In this document: positions 26,326-34,227 of the stretch, in pieces | How the letters are laid out: the number at the start of each line of letters is the position of its first letter | How positions within the stretch are numbered: the stretch's first letter is position 1 | IMG/VR virus record: IMGVR_UViG_3300011335_000457 | Span: 16,537 to 80,536 of that record | Length of the DNA: 64,000 nt | Strand: one strand, 5' to 3' | From: a virus | Taxonomy: Duplodnaviria > Caudoviricetes | The notes under the pieces: model-generated | The model's database searches: none | The model's input: the letters and a program-made list of their open reading frames with translations, nothing else | Told to the model about the DNA's origin: nothing | Made by a program: the position numbers and the translations under genes

Positions 26326-27348
26326 ATGGAAAATGTAAGCTTTACAATGGTAGAAACAGGAAAAGGGACAGTTAAAAACACCCCAATAGCTGTTAGACCT
26401 TTTTTTGATTCAAGTGCTTCTAACATGGGATTAGAAGATTATGGAATGTCACTATTTGATGGTGTAACTCATCATGAGCAATTGGCATGTTTAGAAAACA
26501 ATGGAGTAGTAAGATACTTAACAGGTCTTAATGAATTTGCTCCAGATATTAAAATGTTAAATCCTGAAGAGAGAGAAGCTAGATCTAGAGAGATCAGAAA
26601 AACAGTAGCAGATCTAGAACAAGAATTAGCAGCAAATATATTAGATATTGAGGATCCAAAGTTTTGGAATAATGTAAAATTACTTAGACCAGACAATGCT
26701 GAGTTTTGGAATAGAATAAGTGTTGCATGTGGTAATGAGCCATTATTCTTAGATCCAAAAGATCCATATGATAGAATTAAACTTTATGCTATTGAGGCTG
26801 GAGGATTTTCTATTGTAGCAAAAAGTTTTGATGATGCAAGATCAAGAGCTGTATCACCTAAGTTTTACTTAGATAAAACAGAAGAAACTGTAATGGCTAG
26901 AACTGAGTATAAAAAACTTAGAAATAAATCATTATCAGAATTGCAAAAATTATTTGATAAAAATAGTACTAAGTTATTCTACATTGCAAAAGTAGTAGAT
27001 ATCAATAGTACACAATATAGAAAATCAACACCAAATGATGTTATCTATGAGAACATGGATAGATATATTAATGGTGATGGTGGAGAAACCAACAAAGAAA
27101 GAGCTGCAAAATCCTTCATGGAAACAGCAAATATGGATATGGAAACATTAAAAATTAAATCAATTGTGCGTGATTCCGTATTTTTTAAGTATATTATAAA
27201 TAAGGCAGATGGATATATATACCATGTTAAGACAAATTCTATGCTTGGTAGAAATGTATCTGATGTTATAGAGCACTTAAGAAATCCTTTACATGAGGAT
27301 ATTTTAAAGGATCTAAACATAGCCTGTGAAAAGTATTGGAACTCTTAA
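26326..27348 (+). CDS. Conserved crAss-like head-module protein
   Basis: 340 aa directly after MCP. Confidence 0.65.
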   Translation: MENVSFTMVETGKGTVKNTPIAVRPFFDSSASNMGLEDYGMSLFDGVTHHEQLACLENNGVVRYLTGLNEFAPDIKMLNPEEREARSREIRKTVADLEQELAANILDIEDPKFWNNVKLLRPDNAEFWNRISVACGNEPLFLDPKDPYDRIKLYAIEAGGFSIVAKSFDDARSRAVSPKFYLDKTEETVMARTEYKKLRNKSLSELQKLFDKNSTKLFYIAKVVDINSTQYRKSTPNDVIYENMDRYINGDGGETNKERAAKSFMETANMDMETLKIKSIVRDSVFFKYIINKADGYIYHVKTNSMLGRNVSDVIEHLRNPLHEDILKDLNIACEKYWNS

Positions 27349-27360
27349 AAATAAAATAAA

Positions 27361-27672
27361 ATGGCAACAGAACCTAAATGTCCAATGGGAATGTCTTGGG
27401 ATCCTTCATCAAAAAAATGTGTGAAACCTGGAACTCCTGATACACCATTAGACAAATTAAAAAAAGAAAAAGCAAGGATGCTTAAAACTAAATTCAAAAC
27501 TGGTGGTATGGTAAATGCTAATGCTAACCTAAAAGCAACAGCAACTGCTGGTAGCAAAGGTGTTAAAGCTGGGGTTAATCCTAAAGCTGCTGCTTCTAAT
27601 GTAGCTAAGAAACCTTCTAAGCCAAGAAGTAAAGCTCCTAAGAAAGCTAAACCAGTAAAAACTAATGGCTAA
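27361..27672 (+). CDS. Small Lys-rich protein
   Basis: FKTGGMV motif, N-terminal CP...C pair. Confidence 0.65.
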   Translation: MATEPKCPMGMSWDPSSKKCVKPGTPDTPLDKLKKEKARMLKTKFKTGGMVNANANLKATATAGSKGVKAGVNPKAAASNVAKKPSKPRSKAPKKAKPVKTNG

Positions 27673-27820
27673 AGAATTGATAAAAAGAAAAGACGGTAGT
27701 TATTCCCAGAGAGGTCTCTGGGATAACATCCGTGCTGCTAAGGGTTCTGGTAAGAAACCTACTAAAGAAATGCTTAAGCAGGAAAAAAAGATTAAAGCAA
27801 CTACTAAAAAGAAAAAGTAA
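27665..27820 (+). CDS. 51-aa Lys-rich protein (MAKELIKRKDGSYSQRGLWDNIRA...)
   Basis: Manual translation; TAATG coupling to the next ORF. Confidence 0.6.
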   Translation: MAKELIKRKDGSYSQRGLWDNIRAAKGSGKKPTKEMLKQEKKIKATTKKKK

Positions 27821-28059
27821 TGGCAATTAAAAAAACAACAACTAAATCAACACCAGCTAAGAAAAGTTCTTCAGTTGGTATTTCCATTTTAAGCAGTAGC
27901 AAGAATGAAATGAGAAAATGGGAAATTGAATCTGCTGTATCTACATTACAAAGAGCTGCTGAGATTCAGAAGAATGCAAAACTAATGGCAGATGTAAAAA
28001 AGATGGCTGCAGAGAAAGCAAAAGAATTTACTAGTATAGCATCAGGTAAAAAGATTTAA
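27820..28059 (+). CDS. Small Lys-rich protein
   Basis: ORF in the cluster. Confidence 0.65.
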   Translation: MAIKKTTTKSTPAKKSSSVGISILSSSKNEMRKWEIESAVSTLQRAAEIQKNAKLMADVKKMAAEKAKEFTSIASGKKI

Positions 28060-28061
28060 TC

Positions 28062-28346
28062 ATGGCACAGGCAAAAACTAAAAAAGTAAAAGTAACTGCC
28101 GGTGGTGAAAAACATGTAGTTTATAAAAAGACTACAAAAAAAGGTGAAGGAAAGGTTGGTCACATAATGGTCAACCATCCTACCAAAGATAAAGGACAAT
28201 GGGATACTATAGACTTAACAGCAAAAGGAAGAGCTAAGACAGTTAAGCAAGGAGTAGCAGCTACAAAAAAATGGCACAAAGATAACCCGGACTATAAATA
28301 TAAAGGTAATGGCAAAGACAGCAGCATGGCAAAGAAAAGAAGGTAA
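28062..28346 (+). CDS. Small Lys-rich protein
   Basis: ORF in the cluster. Confidence 0.65.
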   Translation: MAQAKTKKVKVTAGGEKHVVYKKTTKKGEGKVGHIMVNHPTKDKGQWDTIDLTAKGRAKTVKQGVAATKKWHKDNPDYKYKGNGKDSSMAKKRR

Positions 28347-28584
28347 GAATCCAACAGGAGGTCTTAATGCTAAAGGAGTGGCTTCTTATAGAGCAGCTAA
28401 CCCCGGTAGTAAATTACAAACTGCTGTAACTACTAAACCTTCTAAACTTAAAGCTGGAAGTAAAGATGCTAAGAGAAGAAAAAGCTTCTGTGCTAGATCT
28501 GCTGGGCAAATGGCTAATTTTCCAAAAGCTGCAAAAGATCCAAATAGTAGATTAAGATTAGCAAGAAAAAAATGGAACTGTTGA
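28309..28584 (+). CDS. Small basic phage protein (DUF6321-like)
   Basis: AWQRKEGKNPTGGLNAKG, RRKSFCARS, ARKKWNC. Confidence 0.7.
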   Translation: MAKTAAWQRKEGKNPTGGLNAKGVASYRAANPGSKLQTAVTTKPSKLKAGSKDAKRRKSFCARSAGQMANFPKAAKDPNSRLRLARKKWNC

Positions 28585-28585
28585 T

Positions 28586-29158
28586 ATGCCATCAAAGAAG
28601 ATTGAATATAATTGTACACATTGTAATGCTTTTTTTATAAGAGGTAAATCTGATATTGAAAAAACTTTAAAAAAGAACAATACTGTTTTTTGTAGTATTT
28701 CATGTTCAAAAGAGTATAATAATAAAACACAATTAGAAAAAGGTTTTTCAGAAAACAAAATATGTAAAAAATGTAATATAGAAAAACCTAGAACAAATGA
28801 ATATTATACAGCACATAAAAGAACCTTAGATGGTTTTGATAGTTGGTGTAAAACATGTAGAGGCAATTATAGAAGTGAGATAAGAAGAGGTCAATATAGG
28901 TCAATGATAAGTGATGAAGAATTAAAAAACTTATTAAAAACTGAAGGTTGTATTATATGTGGATCTGAAGATAAACTTGTAGTTGATCATTGTCATACTA
29001 CAAATATAGTAAGAGGAATGCTTTGTAATAACTGTAATATGGGATTAGGTCATTTTAAAGATGATCCATTTTTATTAGAGTTTGCACGGATTTATTTACT
29101 ATATTATAATAAAGAGTCTTCTGAAGCAGAAGAGTATTTGGAAAAATGGAATTGTTAA
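28586..29158 (+). CDS. Endonuclease VII-like (His-Me) homing endonuclease
   Basis: CIICG...LVVDHCHTTNIVRGMLCNNCNMGLGHFKDD with N-terminal Zn-ribbons. Confidence 0.85.
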   Translation: MPSKKIEYNCTHCNAFFIRGKSDIEKTLKKNNTVFCSISCSKEYNNKTQLEKGFSENKICKKCNIEKPRTNEYYTAHKRTLDGFDSWCKTCRGNYRSEIRRGQYRSMISDEELKNLLKTEGCIICGSEDKLVVDHCHTTNIVRGMLCNNCNMGLGHFKDDPFLLEFARIYLLYYNKESSEAEEYLEKWNC

Positions 29159-29170
29159 AAATTATATATT

Positions 29171-29845
29171 ATGAAAACTTGTAAAGAAGGTTGTGGTGGT
29201 AAAATGAAAAATGTTGGTAAAGTTGCCACTATGAAAAAAATGAAAGTTGGCGGTAATACAGCAGACCCATGTTTTCCACTATGTTTAAAAGCTGGAGAAT
29301 GTAAACCTTGTTTAAGTACAAGACTTGGTGATGCTTTAGTTAAAGCTGGTACAGTTTTATTTGGAAAAAAAGTATTAAAAGATGCTAAGAAAAATGCAGG
29401 AAATAAAAAAAAGACACCTGCTAAAACTGAAGCTGCTCAAGAAACAGTACAAGAAAAAAGAATAGGTGGAGTAACTAAGAAAAAATATGCTATGGGTGGT
29501 AACACTGGTGGATATGCTCCAGCTCAAAAAGGTGGAGATAACACTAAGAATGGTATCTATGGTATTCCTAATGCTGGTAGAACAGATTCATTAGGGTTTA
29601 AAAAAGGTGGTATAACAAAAGCTAAATTTGGAACATCTGTAAATGTGCAAAGAGGTTATCCTGGAAAAATCAGATCCTCAGAAGCACAAGGATATACAGC
29701 AGTTGGTAAAAGAGAACCCTCAAGAACTAAATTTGCAAAAGGTGGTTTTCCAGATTTAAACAAAGATGGTAAACTTACTAAAGCTGATATTCTTAAAGGA
29801 AGAGGTGTTATTAAACGAGTAGGTGGAACAGTTAAAAAGAAATAG
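29171..29845 (+). CDS. Basic protein with eight xxGG motifs and a DxNxDG loop
   Basis: MKVGG, KRIGG, YAMGG, AQKGG, FKKGG, FAKGG, KRVGG; FPDLNKDGKLTKAD. Confidence 0.65.
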   Translation: MKTCKEGCGGKMKNVGKVATMKKMKVGGNTADPCFPLCLKAGECKPCLSTRLGDALVKAGTVLFGKKVLKDAKKNAGNKKKTPAKTEAAQETVQEKRIGGVTKKKYAMGGNTGGYAPAQKGGDNTKNGIYGIPNAGRTDSLGFKKGGITKAKFGTSVNVQRGYPGKIRSSEAQGYTAVGKREPSRTKFAKGGFPDLNKDGKLTKADILKGRGVIKRVGGTVKKK

Positions 29846-29847
29846 TC

Positions 29848-30033
29848 ATGGCTGATAAGAAATGGATACAAGGAGCTATTAAAAAACCTGGTGCTTTAAG
29901 AAAATCTCTTGGAGTTAAAGAAGGTGAAAAAATTCCTAAATCAAAATTACAAGCTGCTGCTAAAAAAGGTGGTAAGCTTGGTCAAAGAGCAAGACTTGCT
30001 ATTACACTTAGCAAAATGAATAAAAAGAAATAA
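29848..30033 (+). CDS. Small basic phage protein
   Basis: WIQGAIKKPGALRKSLG...GQRARLA, a recurrent phage peptide. Confidence 0.7.
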   Translation: MADKKWIQGAIKKPGALRKSLGVKEGEKIPKSKLQAAAKKGGKLGQRARLAITLSKMNKKK

Positions 30034-30035
30034 CT

Positions 30036-30344
30036 ATGGGAAAAAGTAGAAAAGTTTCATCAATATCTAAAGAGTTTGATGGAAAAGAAGTTCAAGGAAA
30101 ACTTATTGAGAGAGCTGGTTTATTTGGTAGTAATGTGTCTAAAGAGGTTTTCAAAATGCCTGGAGGTGGAAAACACATTGAAAAAACCAGAACCAATAAA
30201 AAAGGAGATGTAGTTTCTAGATCAACAAAAGATACAAAAGTAAACCCTCTTGTATTCTTTAATAAGAATAAAACTGAAGCTTATAAAAAAGCTGGTGGAG
30301 CAATGACTGCATTTAAAAAATCTTTGAAGAAAGGAGATCAATAA
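30036..30344 (+). CDS. Small Lys-rich protein
   Basis: ORF; YKKAGGAM. Confidence 0.6.
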   Translation: MGKSRKVSSISKEFDGKEVQGKLIERAGLFGSNVSKEVFKMPGGGKHIEKTRTNKKGDVVSRSTKDTKVNPLVFFNKNKTEAYKKAGGAMTAFKKSLKKGDQ

Positions 30345-30355
30345 AAAAATAAATC

Positions 30356-31054
30356 ATGCTTAATAGTACTATTACCATAAAGATAAAACAAAGAATCAAT
30401 AAGCTTGATTCCCAGGACTATGATAACATAGAGTGCTGGCAAATTGTGGAGGCTTTTAATAAAGCTCAGGTAGAGTGGATTAGAAGACAACTTCATGGTA
30501 TTAATATGGTTAAGGAAGGTGATGAGCAATCAACTAGAAGAAAGGATGACTTACAAGTATTATTATCAACAGATAGTCTTGCTATAACAGATAAAGATAT
30601 TTATTATGAGGGTGATATACCAACAGAATATCTTCAGTGGAAAAGAGTAGATGTTTGGGCAAATAAAGAATGTTGTGATAAAAGAAGAATGACAGTATAT
30701 CTTGCTGAAGAAGGTAATCTTAATCAACTCTTAAGAGATGATGCTAAGAAGCCTAGTTTTGAATGGGCAGAGACTTTTGCTACACTAAAAGGCAATAAAG
30801 TAAATGTGTATACTAATAATACATTTGAAATTGAAAGAGCAGATTTAGTATATTACAGACAACCAATTAAAATACAAATTCAAGGTTGTGTAGATCCATA
30901 TACTAATGTAGCTTCTACAGCTAATGTACTTTGTGAATTTAAAGATGATATAATAGAATTAATAATAGATGAGGCAGTGAGTATACTTGCTGGAGATATT
31001 GAGTCAACAAATCAATTCTCTAGAGGTACTGAAGGTGCTGAACGTAACAACTAA
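30356..31054 (+). CDS. Head-tail adaptor/ring protein
   Basis: 232 aa; VEAFNKAQVEWI, YYRQP, ELIIDEAV; position in the module. Confidence 0.65.
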   Translation: MLNSTITIKIKQRINKLDSQDYDNIECWQIVEAFNKAQVEWIRRQLHGINMVKEGDEQSTRRKDDLQVLLSTDSLAITDKDIYYEGDIPTEYLQWKRVDVWANKECCDKRRMTVYLAEEGNLNQLLRDDAKKPSFEWAETFATLKGNKVNVYTNNTFEIERADLVYYRQPIKIQIQGCVDPYTNVASTANVLCEFKDDIIELIIDEAVSILAGDIESTNQFSRGTEGAERNN

Positions 31055-31059
31055 AAACA

Positions 31060-31515
31060 ATGGCAACTAGAATGTTGAAAAGACCAGATGCAAGTACAAG
31101 TACAGCATCATACTCAAGTGCTCCTGCGGGAGGTAACTGTGATACAATGACTGCAGCTTGTGTATCTGAACTAATGAATGGAGCTACAAGCTTCCACAAG
31201 TTACATTTAAAAGTAACTGGTGCAGGTTCATTTGCAGCTCATAAAGCTCTTAATGAATTGTATGATGCTTTACCTGGACATGCTGATGACTTAGCAGAAG
31301 GATACCAGGGAGCAGCAAGTAAACTACTTTCTTATGCTGAGACAAGTCCAAGAAAATTAGATACAGTTGCTGATGCTATTTCTTATTTAAATGACATGAC
31401 TACAATGGTAAATGGATTACAAGCTAAAATGCCTTACTCAGAGTTAGTAAATGACTTAGATACAATCAAGTCAACAATTAATTCTGCAAGATATAAATTA
31501 ACTTTCTTGAAATAA
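31060..31515 (+). CDS. Ferritin/Dps-like four-helix protein (DUF5856-like)
   Basis: HKLHLKVTG...SFAAHKALNELYDALPGHADDLAEGYQG. Confidence 0.75.
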   Translation: MATRMLKRPDASTSTASYSSAPAGGNCDTMTAACVSELMNGATSFHKLHLKVTGAGSFAAHKALNELYDALPGHADDLAEGYQGAASKLLSYAETSPRKLDTVADAISYLNDMTTMVNGLQAKMPYSELVNDLDTIKSTINSARYKLTFLK

Positions 31516-31578
31516 ATTTTGTTATTTCAAAAAGATTTCTTATATTATATTATATATTTATAAACTAAAACAAACAAA

Positions 31579-33381
31579 ATGAGTTATTTTAATCATGCCT
31601 TTAGAAAAACCTTTGTTGGTACTACCTTAGCTGGTGGTGGAGGTTACACAGATTTAGCAGAGGGCCGTTTAGGTACTACAGGAAATATTTTCCCTGGAGG
31701 ATCTTTTGGTTTTGTTAATCCAAAAACTTGGAATATAGTTCCAACAACTTATAATGCAACAACTATTGGATGTTGTAATCTTATCCTTGCTGCTGGTTCA
31801 ATTTATCAAAATGATAAAATTGGTCCTTTCCATGGGGGATATGCAGAGTCTAACAAATCTAAGGAAATCAATCCTAGATATGTAAACAAGTTCTACCGTG
31901 TAGATCCTTGTACTCCACAAAATAATATTATCCATATTGGTAATACAGCTTACACAGATGATGTAGCTTTATCTTTAGCTATCACAGCAACTGGTGCTAA
32001 CATAGCAAATGGTGTATATACTAATGTTCCATTATATGATTTAACTAGTGCAACTGGATCTGGATTATTAGCAGACATTACTGTAGTAGGTAATATAGTT
32101 ACATTTGTAGAAATTGCTAATGGTGGTACAGGATGGATTACTGGTGATGTTGTTCAACCTGGAACAGGTATATCATCAGCTGGTAGTAGCATTGCTGGAA
32201 CTACAATGACAATTGCTGCAATGGCTGCAAATGGTGGTGCTTTCACTGTTGGAATGACTATTCAAGGTACTGGTGTTACAGGTGGTACAACTATACTTTC
32301 ACAATTATCAGGAACTCCTGGTGGTGCTGGTACTTATGAAGTTAGTGTTTCACAAACTGTTGCTGGTCCTATTACAATTACAGGTTTTTACTTACCTTGG
32401 GATGGAGCTGGTTCAATCACTTCTCCTACATTTACAGTAAATGCTGGTATTGGTGCTAACTGTTGTAAAGACTTCTATTGTGGTGAAACTTATACATTAC
32501 GTGTTGATGTTAAAGGGTCTCCTGCAATGAGGTTGTTAAATCACAACTCTTATATCATTGCTTCTGCATATGGTGGATGTTGTCCTGATGGTGCTATTGC
32601 TCCAGTAGTGATTGATGAAACTTTAATTTATATTCAATGGGCTGAGGCTATTACAAGATATCCTGTTATCTCTCCATTCATGCAAATAATTGTTACCACT
32701 CAAACTGGTGTTCCGTTATATGCACCAGGAACAGATCCTGCTTTCTTAGCAACAGTACCAGGTGCATTAACTTGGGATCAATATGTATCTCCAGGAGCTT
32801 TACCTAGTCCTAACTGTGCTGGTATGGTTCTTAATGGAGCTTATGTAGATACTAAATTTCAAAACTGTACATTCCAAATCTCTGACTTCTATGAATTAGA
32901 GCCAGTAAGATTGTATGCTTCTGAAGTAGACTTAAATGGTGATCCTTGTGCTTTTGACGGAGTATGTGTTATCACAGAATGTCAAGGAAGACAAGCAATG
33001 GGTTATGGTGAGTCAGTTGCACGGGATATTATTTTATCTGAGCAATACAGACAAAACTTCTTCTCTAGTGATTTCAGGATCCGGGAAATTACTCAAGGGT
33101 ATAGTGTATTTGATTATATCAACAGAAATGCATTGTATACAAGATATTTCTTACAACACAATGTTCCACGTTTCAATAACCCAACTAGTACATTTGATAA
33201 TGATCAGTACTTGTTAGAAGTTATTACTTGTGGTACAGAGCCTACATTTGAAACATTTGTTAACGCTTGGTTAGCTGATTGTTCTCAATGTATTGGTTTA
33301 GAAGTTGAAAACTGTGTTACAAGTTGTACTCCTCTTTACCAATTCCCAGCTACAAACCCTGGTGGACCAGTAGCTTGTTAA
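31579..33381 (+). CDS. Virion structural protein with inserted Gly/Thr-rich modules
   Basis: 600 aa; conserved-looking flanks and two internal beta modules; followed by a terminator. Confidence 0.65.
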   Translation: MSYFNHAFRKTFVGTTLAGGGGYTDLAEGRLGTTGNIFPGGSFGFVNPKTWNIVPTTYNATTIGCCNLILAAGSIYQNDKIGPFHGGYAESNKSKEINPRYVNKFYRVDPCTPQNNIIHIGNTAYTDDVALSLAITATGANIANGVYTNVPLYDLTSATGSGLLADITVVGNIVTFVEIANGGTGWITGDVVQPGTGISSAGSSIAGTTMTIAAMAANGGAFTVGMTIQGTGVTGGTTILSQLSGTPGGAGTYEVSVSQTVAGPITITGFYLPWDGAGSITSPTFTVNAGIGANCCKDFYCGETYTLRVDVKGSPAMRLLNHNSYIIASAYGGCCPDGAIAPVVIDETLIYIQWAEAITRYPVISPFMQIIVTTQTGVPLYAPGTDPAFLATVPGALTWDQYVSPGALPSPNCAGMVLNGAYVDTKFQNCTFQISDFYELEPVRLYASEVDLNGDPCAFDGVCVITECQGRQAMGYGESVARDIILSEQYRQNFFSSDFRIREITQGYSVFDYINRNALYTRYFLQHNVPRFNNPTSTFDNDQYLLEVITCGTEPTFETFVNAWLADCSQCIGLEVENCVTSCTPLYQFPATNPGGPVAC

Positions 33382-33407
33382 GAAGATAGTCTTAAACTAT
33401 AAACAAT

Positions 33408-33447
33408 AAGGGGAGAAGAGTTTCAAACTCCTCCCCTTTTTTATTTT
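33408..33447 (+). terminator. Intrinsic terminator
   Basis: AAGGGAG...CTCCCCTT followed by a T-tract. Confidence 0.7.
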
Positions 33448-33454
33448 AAATCCT

Positions 33455-33997
33455 ATGGCAAATCATGTATTAAGTTTAGAAGTACCTACAGTAATGAATT
33501 CCTGTGTCTTAAAGATATTTGATACAAGTGTTTATACTACATTACTTCCTGTAACTTGTCCAACATTAAATATTACTGTACCAGGATTTGGATATTCTGT
33601 ACAACTAGATGTTACTGAAAACTTTGCGGAGACAATAACTGCATGTGACCTTCAGTTACAGACTACAGACTGTGGAACTAGATACTATGATATACCAGAT
33701 GGAATATACATTATTAAATACAGTGTATCTCCAAATGATCAAGTATATGTGGAGTATAACCATATGAGAATTACACAAGCTTTAATTAAGTACAATAAAG
33801 TATTGTGTGATGTTGATGCTGCGGCATGTGATCCGCCAGCACAAATAAAAAAGAAATTAGAAGCTTTAAGATTAATTAATATGTATCTTCAAGCTGCAAA
33901 AGCAAAAGTTGAGTATTGTCATGAGCCTCAGAAAGGAATGAGTCTTTATAACTATGCTCTTAAACTTTTAAATAAAATGACCTGTACTAATTGTTAA
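33455..33997 (+). CDS. Putative tail structural protein
   Basis: DIPDGIYIIKYSV Ig-like pattern, helical C-terminus ending CTNC. Confidence 0.6.
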   Translation: MANHVLSLEVPTVMNSCVLKIFDTSVYTTLLPVTCPTLNITVPGFGYSVQLDVTENFAETITACDLQLQTTDCGTRYYDIPDGIYIIKYSVSPNDQVYVEYNHMRITQALIKYNKVLCDVDAAACDPPAQIKKKLEALRLINMYLQAAKAKVEYCHEPQKGMSLYNYALKLLNKMTCTNC

Positions 33998-34227
33998 ACA
34001 TTTTAAAACCAACAGATATGTCAACATGCGGAAACTGTGGAGCTAAGTTAAGTTGTAGCTGCCAGAAAAGAACATTAGCAGATGGAAAACAAGGTTGTAG
34101 TAGTTGTGCAACTAAAACAGTAGCAAAAGCTAAACCAACTGTAGCTAAGGCAAATGATGCAAATACAGTAAACACAAATACTTGGGGACCAAATAGATAT
34201 TTAAACTTGAAAAAATTTACTAAGTAA
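33991..34227 (+). CDS. Small Cys-rich protein (probable start 34018)
   Basis: MSTCGNCGAKLSCSCQ...CSSC. Confidence 0.55.
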   Translation: MLNILKPTDMSTCGNCGAKLSCSCQKRTLADGKQGCSSCATKTVAKAKPTVAKANDANTVNTNTWGPNRYLNLKKFTK

